From Nostoc sp. PCC 7120 = FACHB-418 (lineage in GTDB: Bacteria; Cyanobacteriota; Cyanobacteriia; Cyanobacteriales; Nostocaceae): DNA of 32,000 nt. Positions 17,578-26,584 of this stretch are shown here, piece after piece. The stretch is from positions 540,001-572,000 of the forward strand of contig NC_003272.1 in the NCBI RefSeq assembly GCF_000009705.1, written 5' to 3'. Below the pieces are notes generated by a model. The model worked only from the letters and a program-made list of their open reading frames with translations. It was not told the DNA's origin and did not search any database. The position numbers were made by a program, and so were the translations under genes. Positions within the stretch are counted from its first letter, which is position 1. Every line of letters starts with the position of its first letter.

Positions 17578-20325
17578 TTAACTACTACGCAAACTAGCTA
17601 CTAATTGACGGGCAAATACTGATATTGCTTCATATTTATTCCTGTAATCTTGCATTGCTTGTTGACGTGCTGTTTGCTCGTTGGGATTATTAGCAACTAC
17701 TGCCAATTGTTCATAGCCTGGATAATAACGACAGAAGGTATGAATGCCGTTATCATCTAATAGCCATTGGCTATAAACACCTTCTTTGCGGGGGAAAAAA
17801 CTTTCTGAGGCGTTACGTGCAATAATTTCTCTGGGATATTTGAGGATGCTAACGAAACTATCTACGGCAACTGGTTGGATACGACCAATTAATCTTGTGG
17901 TCAAGTTTTGTAAAATTTTGGATGAGGCTTTAGATTTGGCGATGGTGTCTGGGTCTTGTGCGGATAAAATAACCCTAATCCCTGCTTTAGCGCCGTTTGC
18001 ACACATCCTACCCACTAAATCAGATATTTGATCAAATTCAAATAAAATCGGTGCTTCATCAATAAAGAATATGGAGGCTGGACTACTTAAGGCGCGGCGT
18101 AAGGCGGCTGAATAAGCACTTAAGGATAGTACGGCTGCATCTTCGTTATCGGAGAGGTTGCGTAGTGCAAATACCAAAAGTTGTGCGTCTGTAGGAAAGC
18201 TAGAGGGTGCAGATATGGCTTGTCCTACCCGACTGGAAAGCCAAAAGCGTAAGCGTAGATGAATTTGACTGAGTGCGTCTTCAACTCGGCCACTGACGGA
18301 ATCTAGTTGCAGATGTTCTGGGGAACAAAAATGTAGAAAGTCGTGGAGAGTAGGGGTTTTTTGCCAGGCTGGAGTACCAAATCCACCAGCGATCGCCATT
18401 TTATATCTTTCTTGTATCCCTTGATCAGCGAAGAAGGCGCTTAAAGCCAAATTGAGTAGGGAACGGACGGTTTGTGTTAATAGTTGGTTGTCGTTGGATG
18501 AGCCTAACACCATTGTCATGAGGGCTGATTCCAAAAAGCCCGTATAATCGAGTAAGCGATCGCGTTGTTGTTCAGGATCGAGCGATCGTAAATCTGGTTG
18601 CTCAAATAAGTTATTTGATTGTCTAGAAATATCGAAATATGCCCCATTCCCTTCCATAAAATGGGCATAGTCGGTAAAGGTAGATGTCCCATCAGGTTTA
18701 GGAAAATCTAAGGCGACTACGGGAATCCCATGCGCCAAAGCCTGGGTTAAAATTCCTGACACCAACACTGATTTACCTGCGCGGGTAGTCGCAAACAAGG
18801 CTAAATTCTTGTGTTGGTTGAATAAATCTAACTGTACTGGTGTACCGCCTTCTTCGGCGATTAATTCAAAGCCGTGTTTATCACCAGCTTTGGTAATCAC
18901 TAAAGGCATTAAACCAGGTACTTCACTAGTTAAATATAACTGGCGACGGTTGAAGGGTTTGACTAATAAACCTTCCCAAACTATGGGTAAAGATTGTAGC
19001 CAAATCTTCCAAGCATATTCAGTTTCTCTCACCACCCGCGCCGGACGTTGAAAGCAGTTTTCAATATACCGTGTGGCTTCATCTAATTTTTCAACGGTGG
19101 GACGATGGACAAAAATAGCCAACCCTGTGTAAATTGGTACGGCTCCTTCAAATAATTGTTCTTGGGCTGCGACGGATTTTCTTAATTTCAATTGAGCGTT
19201 AACATCAATCGTTTTGCTCTTTTCCTGGGCTAACATAGCCGTCATGTTCGACTGTTTCAACACTCTTTGCAGAGTAGTCTTTACCAAAGCTGGATTCGCC
19301 GCCGTCAGTTGACACACAATTTCTGTATCTACTATCGATTCCCTCGCTAGGAGTTCCCATAGATAACGCAGTTGGGCAAATTTATTCGGCCAACCCCCTG
19401 GTTTTTCTAGAAAAGTCATCGCCCCAATGTAATTATTATTCACATTGACCCAACGGCGATCGGCACAAGGTACACCAGACTCCATCAACAGTGTCGTACT
19501 ATGAACATTTTCTATTAATAGTTGCGTACTAGATAAGTCAGAATGAGCTTGTTCATACAGTCCATTTTCATCTAGGGTTACTAATTGGGGAATTTCGATT
19601 GGTTGGGTATCATTAAACCTTCTCCAAACGTTTTCCCAAAGTTCCACCGCATTTAAAGGTTTAATATCTAAACCCATTTTGTTAGATAAAAGTTGCTCCC
19701 AACGACAAAATCCCTGTTGGTAAGCCTTAGCAATCACACTTTCGATTCGTTGGTTTTCAACTTCTGCAATATCACCTTTGAACTTTAACCACCATCCTTC
19801 TGCTTTTCCTAACAGCTTTTCAATCCAATCGTTGGCGTTGGTGGAACTCGGTTCAATTGTATAAGTAACGTATATTTTCAGAAATTTTGGCTTACGAATT
19901 CCCGCAGCAGTGAGTTCTTGCGCCCTAGCTCTCTCCGCCATCAACAAATATTTAATATCTCTTGAGGGAGTGCGCCTAATCAGGTCTGTTAATTCTATTT
20001 GCCGTTGTTGGTCTGAACTAAAAGACCCCATGTGCAGTGTCATTCTTTCCCCTTCGGGAATGTCCTTTAATCCAGATTCAATGTTATTAAAGATTGTGTC
20101 TATTTGTTCTTTTCTTAAAGTGGTGTGGATGCCTTTGCATTCAAACCCAAAAACAAAGCAAAATTTATCCTTTTGAGTTCCTTTTGTTAAAATATAAGCG
20201 CCAACATCACGACCATCCAACGCAATGCGTAGCATGGTTGACAAATGTAACGCATCTTCAAATGGCGTTAATCTACTTTCTTGTCCGGCGAGACCGATGC
20301 TTTGTTTTCCGATTTTTTGCTTCAT
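17578..20325 (-). CDS. virB4: VirB4/TrbE-family T4SS ATPase
   Basis: 915 aa. Walker A is ATTRAGKS in LFATTRAGKSVLVSG, encoded near 18774-18797. Walker B is IFFIDEAPILF. Overall length and the N-terminal CagE/TrbE/VirB4-like region fit the family. The start overlaps the upstream small ORF by 53 nt; an alternative start is the Met at residue 31. Confidence 0.9.
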   Translation of the reverse strand: MKQKIGKQSIGLAGQESRLTPFEDALHLSTMLRIALDGRDVGAYILTKGTQKDKFCFVFGFECKGIHTTLRKEQIDTIFNNIESGLKDIPEGERMTLHMGSFSSDQQRQIELTDLIRRTPSRDIKYLLMAERARAQELTAAGIRKPKFLKIYVTYTIEPSSTNANDWIEKLLGKAEGWWLKFKGDIAEVENQRIESVIAKAYQQGFCRWEQLLSNKMGLDIKPLNAVELWENVWRRFNDTQPIEIPQLVTLDENGLYEQAHSDLSSTQLLIENVHSTTLLMESGVPCADRRWVNVNNNYIGAMTFLEKPGGWPNKFAQLRYLWELLARESIVDTEIVCQLTAANPALVKTTLQRVLKQSNMTAMLAQEKSKTIDVNAQLKLRKSVAAQEQLFEGAVPIYTGLAIFVHRPTVEKLDEATRYIENCFQRPARVVRETEYAWKIWLQSLPIVWEGLLVKPFNRRQLYLTSEVPGLMPLVITKAGDKHGFELIAEEGGTPVQLDLFNQHKNLALFATTRAGKSVLVSGILTQALAHGIPVVALDFPKPDGTSTFTDYAHFMEGNGAYFDISRQSNNLFEQPDLRSLDPEQQRDRLLDYTGFLESALMTMVLGSSNDNQLLTQTVRSLLNLALSAFFADQGIQERYKMAIAGGFGTPAWQKTPTLHDFLHFCSPEHLQLDSVSGRVEDALSQIHLRLRFWLSSRVGQAISAPSSFPTDAQLLVFALRNLSDNEDAAVLSLSAYSAALRRALSSPASIFFIDEAPILFEFDQISDLVGRMCANGAKAGIRVILSAQDPDTIAKSKASSKILQNLTTRLIGRIQPVAVDSFVSILKYPREIIARNASESFFPRKEGVYSQWLLDDNGIHTFCRYYPGYEQLAVVANNPNEQTARQQAMQDYRNKYEAISVFARQLVASLRSS

Positions 20326-20656
20326 AGTTAACTTCTAGCAAGCTGTAATAACGAGCAAAGCCTCTTGTCCAAGTGGGAACCCCCATAAACTTACTTAAAA
20401 AGCGCCAGCTTCTACCACCCGATAATATCCACCAAGTGGCCATTCCCCAACCAGCAATGAGAAAAGTCCACAACCATCGTTGAAAGTCATCTGGGAAAAC
20501 ACCCCCAAAAATTCCATTGATGATGAAGTAAGCAGATAGACAAATAATTGTCCAAGGAAATATTTGATCGGCAGGAATTGGCCCTAGTGAGGGCTGAGAG
20601 CCTAAAATTTGATTGACTGGGCGAAATTCTTGTTGCCGTTCCTCAGACATAAACAA
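20273..20656 (-). CDS. VirB3/TrbD-like small membrane protein
   Basis: 127 aa with two hydrophobic helices (WTIICLSAYFIINGIFGGVF and WLWTFLIAGWGMATWWIL). It lies directly upstream of VirB4 and overlaps it, which is the canonical VirB3 position. Confidence 0.5.
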   Translation of the reverse strand: MFMSEERQQEFRPVNQILGSQPSLGPIPADQIFPWTIICLSAYFIINGIFGGVFPDDFQRWLWTFLIAGWGMATWWILSGGRSWRFLSKFMGVPTWTRGFARYYSLLEVNYEAKNRKTKHRSRRTRK

Positions 20657-20679
20657 TCCGTAAATATTTAAGCCATCAT

Positions 20680-21297
20680 CTACTTACTAGTATCACCTAT
20701 GACAAATCCTGTTAAAACATCTGCAATAGTGACAGCAATTACAACTAACAGAGGAGTCCTGGCAATACTTTGCCAATCCTCATCTTTACGTACTGCATTG
20801 ATTACGCCAATGAGAGATACTGCAATATACAGTAAGAATATTCCCCGTAATACGTTAAAAATTAAACTTACTGCTGGTTGCGTATTAGTATTATTTGTAG
20901 TTCCTTGGGTTAATGTATTTTTGAAAAAACTTTCTGCCTTGCCAAAGAATTGTGCCTGTGCCGGAAAGGCGAAATAATCTAACCAAAATAAACTGAAAAT
21001 GACTGCTACTGCTGATATTTGGCATACAATAAGCCACCGTTTTGGTAAATGCAATTGTTGTCCAATCTGTTGAATTATTATAGCGGTTAAACTACCAAAC
21101 AGTAAGCAAAAAAGGAGTAAGGGGCTTTTTAAGCTGATAACGCTTAAAAATACTGCACAAGCTAATAAAAATGGGGCTGATTCAACCAAGTTTATCCACA
21201 CTGCTTTTAAAGTCGATTTGAATTTATCCCCAGGTTGTGTTACCTTTCTTGCTAAACTTTGACCTTCTTTTTGGACGTTAACACTCTGTCTAGGCAT
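20680..21297 (-). CDS. Polytopic membrane protein with a VirB2/TrbC pilin-like C-terminal module; first gene of the operon
   Basis: 205 aa. After three N-terminal TM helices there is an AxA-type site (FPAQA/QFF). A two-helix hairpin follows, AVSLIFNVLRGIFLLYIAVSLIGVINAV - RKDEDWQSIAR - TPLLVVIAVTIADVLTGFVIG. That is the architecture of T4SS pilin subunits. Inference only. Confidence 0.35.
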   Translation of the reverse strand: MPRQSVNVQKEGQSLARKVTQPGDKFKSTLKAVWINLVESAPFLLACAVFLSVISLKSPLLLFCLLFGSLTAIIIQQIGQQLHLPKRWLIVCQISAVAVIFSLFWLDYFAFPAQAQFFGKAESFFKNTLTQGTTNNTNTQPAVSLIFNVLRGIFLLYIAVSLIGVINAVRKDEDWQSIARTPLLVVIAVTIADVLTGFVIGDTSK

Positions 21298-22025
21298 TTA
21301 CCAATTTCCTTGCTATTTATTAAAATTTTTTGTTGGTAATATTGTTTAAACTTTGATAATTTATCATGCAATAACGCCCTTTGTTCAACAAGTTATTGAT
21401 TCTAATTACAATACCTATCCATGATATTACATATTGTTAAAATTGAGTTAATGCAATCTTAACATTATGTTAAATCAAGATTGGCAACTGCACATATCGC
21501 ATGGCTGTAGGGTTGTCATATTCGCTTAAAGGTATTGATAGACAAGGTTTCAAAGATGTTTACTTAAAGCTTGCTTAATCTCCATAAAGAGAACTTAATT
21601 TTGTTGTAGATATCCAGCAATTTTCAATAACATTTTGAAGAATTGGCGAAAAATGCTATGCTTAACCAAAGAAATTATTTAATTTTTTAAAATCTTCAAT
21701 TGAACTTATTACTCCACTTAAAAGTGATTTTAGCTATAATAATAGCTCCTATGGTGTTTTGACTATGGGTTAAGCAACTATCATTTGCCACGCCCCTGAT
21801 AAATAAAGCCTAGTAGACGTGAGTGACTCCATCTCTCAAATGCACATCAAAAATTTTGTCATCAATAGCTAGTTATTAAACCACAAATGATCGCCTGTTT
21901 AACAACCTTTGCACTAGGTTAATAGATAGGTAGGTAAATGTCCAGCGTAAAACTCTCCAATTCGCTGGCTGTTGTCCGTATAGTTGTATTGGCTAGTCGA
22001 TTCAAAAATTTGTCTATTCTCATCA

Positions 22026-22592
22026 ATGATGAACAATCAGAACCGTTTACAGATGATTTTGGCTGATACGCCTGTGAGTCAAGTATTATCTGCAATGACT
22101 TCTAGTCGGTTAGAGACTATCAGCCAGGTGAATCTACCCAACTGGTGGTTAGCTGGGGGTGCAGTGCGAAACACTGTTTGGCGTTCCATCTTTGGAAACA
22201 ACTGTAAGTTATTTATTAAAGATTTTGATATTGCCTTTTTTGATGAAGCCGGAAACCGAGAGCAGGAATTAGCAGCCGAGAATTACCTTACAGAAAAATG
22301 CCCTAATTATCTGTTTGATGTAAAAAATCAAGCTAGTTTTGCTCGATGGCGCACGAGTGAACGTCCCTACACCAGCACAGAAGAGGGAATAGAAAATTGG
22401 CTACATACGGCTACGGCTGTAGGTGTACGATTAAATTTACAAGGGCAGTGGGAATTTTTTACACCCTACGGTTTAGATGATTTATTCGCTGGTATTATTC
22501 GACCGACACCAACCCACGTTCATAATCCAGATGCTCACAATAAAGCAGCCAATTTTTTATCAATGTGTCCTTGTCTACGGTTAGCTGATTAA
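22026..22592 (+). CDS. Nucleotidyltransferase family protein (DUF925/NTP_transf_6-like)
   Basis: The ORF track starts at a TTG at 21984, but the ATG at 22026 (MMNNQNRLQ) is more plausible. WWLAGGAVRNTVW...DFDIAFFD resembles the GG..R...D.D nucleotidyltransferase signature. Confidence 0.6.
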   Translation: MMNNQNRLQMILADTPVSQVLSAMTSSRLETISQVNLPNWWLAGGAVRNTVWRSIFGNNCKLFIKDFDIAFFDEAGNREQELAAENYLTEKCPNYLFDVKNQASFARWRTSERPYTSTEEGIENWLHTATAVGVRLNLQGQWEFFTPYGLDDLFAGIIRPTPTHVHNPDAHNKAANFLSMCPCLRLAD

Positions 22593-22796
22593 TTTAACAC
22601 TTGACACATAGATGAGAAATCATGAGCTTGCTTAGTAAACCTATGATATAGGACTCATACTTGATTTTTAGAAATAACTTGTGCATTATTTCCAGCACCA
22701 ATCTAATATAAGAAAAACTAGATTAAATAACGAACAAATAGAACAAACTAATAGAACTTAGGGGTTAATATGATTGTTTTTCTTCTCCCCATTAGC

Positions 22797-23570
22797 TTAT
22801 CCTAAAGTAATGTCTAGAAAAATCATTATTACAAAGCCAACCATTACGCCAATGGTTCCTTCTTTCTCTAAACCTTGGCGATGAGATTCAGGAATAATTT
22901 CATCACTAATTACAAACAACATTGCTCCTGCGGCAAATGCCATCGCCCACGGTAAGATATGATTCGCTACACTTACTACAGCTACGCCCACTAAAGCCCC
23001 GATGGGTTCCACTAAACCCGTAAGTAGGGAAATCCATATTGCATAAATAGGCGAATATTTCTCTGTAACTAAAGATAAAGCAACTACTAAACCTTCAGGA
23101 ATATTTTGCAGGGCAATTCCTAAAGCGATGGGAATACCATTATTGATATCATTATTGCCAAAGTTAACACCAACAGCTAATCCTTCAGGGAAGTTATGAA
23201 TAGTTATAGCGGCGATAAATAACCAAATGCGCTTGAGTTTCTGACCACGACAGTTTTCTTTTCCCTTGAAAAAATGTTCGTGGGGTAAAAACCGATGGGC
23301 TAGTTGCAGGAATAGTCCACCCAATAATACACCACCGACCATAATTAAAGCGGCATTGATGGGAGACTGACCCTGAGTAATTGCGGATTCAGTACCAGGG
23401 ACTATTAAGGAAAATGATGTCGCTGCTAACATCACTCCACCACCAAACCCTAGCATAATTCCTTGCGATCGCTGCGTAAACTTTATTGGTAATAATACTG
23501 GCAAAGCACCAAGGAAAGTGGCAAGTCCTACTCCTAAACTGACAAATGCACCAATTACAAGGCTGTTCAT
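22797..23570 (-). CDS. ZIP family divalent metal (zinc) transporter
   Basis: 257-aa polytopic protein with the ZIP signature HNFPEGLAVG and a second NIPEGLVVA motif. Confidence 0.9.
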   Translation of the reverse strand: MNSLVIGAFVSLGVGLATFLGALPVLLPIKFTQRSQGIMLGFGGGVMLAATSFSLIVPGTESAITQGQSPINAALIMVGGVLLGGLFLQLAHRFLPHEHFFKGKENCRGQKLKRIWLFIAAITIHNFPEGLAVGVNFGNNDINNGIPIALGIALQNIPEGLVVALSLVTEKYSPIYAIWISLLTGLVEPIGALVGVAVVSVANHILPWAMAFAAGAMLFVISDEIIPESHRQGLEKEGTIGVMVGFVIMIFLDITLG

Positions 23571-23900
23571 AGTTGAGATTGTTTGTTGAGTTATTTTAAT
23601 AAAGCATAGTTGAAATGACTATGACTTTCAATCAATGCTGGATATGAGTGTGTCGTGTGACTAAGGATTAGTTTAAGCAAAAAATCACTGCTTAGTGAAA
23701 ATACTTAAATATACACAAAATTTTATATAAATTTTTATACAGTAAATCTCTTAAAACAATCTTAATTTCTAGGATTTTTATCTCAGGATATTGCATAAAA
23801 GAAAGATCCCAAACAAATAAGTTAATTGAGGTACATAGTTTAATTCATGCACTCTGTATTCGGAGTATTAGCTAAAATATTTAATAGAAAATCATTGATT

Positions 23901-25637
23901 ATGAAAATTAGAAAAATCGCTTGTGCTTTAACCCTTGCTACTACCTTAATTGCAGGTATTACACTCAAGGCAAATGCTGAACAACCTCTTGGTGTAATTA
24001 CCCGTAAAAGTGAAGTTGCTCCGGAAGGTGTAGCGCGTGAAATTAGAGGAACTTTTCAATTAGAAAATGTCACGAAATATCCTTTGATCATCGAATTTTC
24101 TCCTGTGAGAACAGAATCATACTTATTTAATGTAGGGGAACGCAGAATTATTCTCAAGCCTGGTGAATCGAAGGAAATAGCTTATATAGGAGGGATTTTT
24201 CAAGACGGTAAGTGGCAAATTAACTTTCAATTAAGACTACTGAGTGAACAAGGTATTCTTGCTGGTCGTCATACTGTAGATGTTTATTTCTTAGTAGAAA
24301 AAGGTAAGTATCAAGCATCTACTTATGAAAAACTATTTTTAGTACCTGATGTACGAGATTCGGTATTGGGAGACTCATTTTCTGTCAATCAAGATGATGG
24401 ATCAATTCCTCGCGCACCTTTAGGAGATATTCGATATCCGGCAATGAAAGACTTGCTGAATATGCAGCGAGAGTCCATCTTGAAAATTCCTACAGAATCT
24501 TCAGGTAAAGCCGAAAGACCTACTGTTAATATCACTAATCCGACTATTCGCCAACCTAATATTCGCCAACCGATTTTATCTCCTACTCCTATTTTGAAGT
24601 CTCTGGCATCAAATAAAACTTTGTTAGCTTCTGGGACTGTACAAGCTAAGGGAGTGTTTTCTTGGAAGGGAATGGATAATCTGTTACATCCTGCATTTGG
24701 CTGGCGTGTACGCGCATGGCGGCTACAGGGTGGTAATTGGGTAAAAGTAGCAGAAGATTGGATTGAAAGTAATGGTTCTTGGAACCTTTCGTTTCCTCAA
24801 CAAGCGGGTAAAGTTAAGTTTCAGTATGTGGCGTTTAATCGCTTTTTTACCCCTCAAACCTCTTCAGGAGACACTTATCGCTGGGTAGGCCCAGAAAGAA
24901 GCAGTGTAAGTTTGACCCATAACGAAGGTGGCTGGATAGCAGATACATCTGGTGGTGCAGTCCGGGGATTGGGTGAAGTTTATAAAGAAGGGATGGATCT
25001 TTGGTCTAAACTATATTGGGATGGTGGGATTAATCCAGTACGTAAAGAATCAATCAAGGTAATTTTTCCCAATACGGCTTATGACTGTGGTAATGGTAGT
25101 GGAGTACCTTGGAGTTGCGCTAACACTGGCGGTAATATTTGGCTAATTCCTTCTCATGCCAGTCGTAACGGGGTGATGCAGCATGAATTGGCTCACCAAA
25201 TCAATTATGAGTATTGGGATAATAAAAGACCTGCGGGTTCTGGTGGTAGCCACACTTTAGGCGATTGTTATACACCTGGTTTAGCCATGATGGAAGGCTT
25301 CGCCAACTTTATGGTTTTCTGGACACAAGCTGCGCGTGGTGCATCTCCTGATGGTGGCTTTGATTTTGCGGTAGAAAATCCAGCTTTTGCTTGTCAGAAT
25401 CCCATTAATAGAAACGAGTCTTGGACTGCGGCTACATTCTGGGATTTTCATGACACCCGCGCCGATGGTCAGGACAATTTATGGTTTAATCATCCGGGTG
25501 CAGTTCCAGGAATTTATTTGCGTGCTGGGATGAAATCTAGCATGGCAGATTTTGCAACTATCTATCGTAATGGTGCCAATGCAGAACATCGCACTATTAT
25601 CGATAATATTGCTCGTCAAAACTTTATTATTCCTTAA
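23901..25637 (+). CDS. Secreted HEXXH protein, putative gluzincin-type metallopeptidase-like
   Basis: The likely start is MKIRKIACALTLATTLIAGITLKANA (signal peptide) at 23901; the ORF-track start is 23847. HELAH lies in NGVMQHELAHQINYEYW, and a downstream MMEGFANF could supply the third zinc ligand, as in HEXXH...EGF(A/T) families. Confidence 0.6.
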   Translation: MKIRKIACALTLATTLIAGITLKANAEQPLGVITRKSEVAPEGVAREIRGTFQLENVTKYPLIIEFSPVRTESYLFNVGERRIILKPGESKEIAYIGGIFQDGKWQINFQLRLLSEQGILAGRHTVDVYFLVEKGKYQASTYEKLFLVPDVRDSVLGDSFSVNQDDGSIPRAPLGDIRYPAMKDLLNMQRESILKIPTESSGKAERPTVNITNPTIRQPNIRQPILSPTPILKSLASNKTLLASGTVQAKGVFSWKGMDNLLHPAFGWRVRAWRLQGGNWVKVAEDWIESNGSWNLSFPQQAGKVKFQYVAFNRFFTPQTSSGDTYRWVGPERSSVSLTHNEGGWIADTSGGAVRGLGEVYKEGMDLWSKLYWDGGINPVRKESIKVIFPNTAYDCGNGSGVPWSCANTGGNIWLIPSHASRNGVMQHELAHQINYEYWDNKRPAGSGGSHTLGDCYTPGLAMMEGFANFMVFWTQAARGASPDGGFDFAVENPAFACQNPINRNESWTAATFWDFHDTRADGQDNLWFNHPGAVPGIYLRAGMKSSMADFATIYRNGANAEHRTIIDNIARQNFIIP

Positions 25638-25658
25638 TTGGTTTTGGCTGAGATATTA

Positions 25659-25691
25659 ACAGTAAACAGTTACCACAGCACTGTTTACTGT
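25659..25691. terminator. Bidirectional hairpin terminator between convergent genes
   Basis: A perfect 12-bp stem acagtaaacagt / actgtttactgt with a 9-nt loop. It sits between the stop of the HEXXH gene (25637) and the stop of the SDR gene (25700). Confidence 0.55.
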
Positions 25692-25699
25692 TGACTGAT

Positions 25700-26473
25700 T
25701 TAGGTTTGCCGATGAACTAGAGTGGCGCTGGCCTGGTCAACAGGCATGAGGATGACTTCATTAATATTGACATGAGGCGATCGCGTGGCACAAAAAAAGA
25801 TGACATCAGCAACATCCTCTGGTGTCAGTGGGTTGACTCCTTGGTAAACTTTTTTCGCCCGTTCTGTATCACCATGAAAGCGGACTTCACTAAATTCCGT
25901 TTCTACCATACCAGGGTCAACAGAAGTCACCCGTACTGGAGTACCTAACAAATCTTGTTTTAAGCCTTCGGAAATTGCCTTGACGGCAGCTTTTGTTCCA
26001 CAGTAAACATTACCACCAGGATAGGTTTGATGTCCGGCGATGGAACCAAGGTTGATGACATGACCACGGCCACGATTTACCATCCCTGGAACCACATAAC
26101 GAGTCAGATAAAGCAGACCTTTAACATTGGTATCAATCATCTCTTCCCAGTCTTGAAGGTCGCCTTCATGGAGCTTATCTAAACCGCGACTGAGACCAGC
26201 GTTATTAATAAGAATATCGATTGCCGACCAAGCAGGGGGTAAACTAGCAATAGCAGATTCAACACTAGGGCGATCGCGCACATCTAACTGTAATAAGTGA
26301 ATCTCTACACCAAAATCTTGATTTAGTTCATCAGCCAACTGCTGCAACCTTGCCAACCGTCGCGCCGCCAAGATCAGTTTTGCACCCGCACCAGCAAAAA
26401 TCCTAGCGCAAGCATTACCAATCCCACTACTTGCGCCGGTAATCAAAACAATTTGATTCTTCAGGGAAATCAT
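25700..26473 (-). CDS. SDR family NAD(P)-dependent oxidoreductase (YdfG-like)
   Basis: 257 aa with the cofactor motif TGASSGIG, NNAG, and catalytic YCGTKAAV (YxxxK). Confidence 0.9.
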   Translation of the reverse strand: MISLKNQIVLITGASSGIGNACARIFAGAGAKLILAARRLARLQQLADELNQDFGVEIHLLQLDVRDRPSVESAIASLPPAWSAIDILINNAGLSRGLDKLHEGDLQDWEEMIDTNVKGLLYLTRYVVPGMVNRGRGHVINLGSIAGHQTYPGGNVYCGTKAAVKAISEGLKQDLLGTPVRVTSVDPGMVETEFSEVRFHGDTERAKKVYQGVNPLTPEDVADVIFFCATRSPHVNINEVILMPVDQASATLVHRQT

Positions 26474-26580
26474 AGGTTAAGAGTCAATGGTCATTAGTCA
26501 AAACTTTGACAAGCTTTGTTACCACAGTCAACAGTCAACAATCAACTACAGACTATGGACTATTGACTATTGACTCAACT
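26474..26580. repeat. STRR-like heptamer repeat array
   Basis: The sequence cagtcaa cagtcaa caatcaa ctacaga ctatgga ctattga ctattga ctcaact keeps a 7-nt period. This is typical of heterocystous cyanobacterial STRR sequences. Confidence 0.6.
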
Positions 26581-26584
26581 ACTA

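Noticed and set aside
17786-20327. Plus-strand ORFs of 77-88 aa opposite virB4
   Set aside because: They are antisense to a 915-aa ORF that has Walker A and B motifs.
11768-21297. Integrative conjugative element or prophage
   Set aside because: The window has no integrase, relaxase, coupling protein, tRNA target, flanking direct repeats or phage structural genes. HIP1 sites are spread through the locus. The flanks outside the window cannot be excluded.
23600-23640. Calling the imperfect palindrome TTGAAATGACTATGACTTTCAA a Zur box
   Set aside because: Only the outer 6-bp arms are truly inverted and the centre is a direct TGAC repeat. I cannot match it to a defined operator consensus from memory, so it stays a hypothesis and is not listed as a feature.
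26474-26580. Possible CRISPR array, from the regularly spaced short repeats here and at 4229, 14643, 15611 and 28571
   Set aside because: The period is 7 nt with no spacers. These are STRR-type heptamer tandem repeats, not repeat-spacer arrays.
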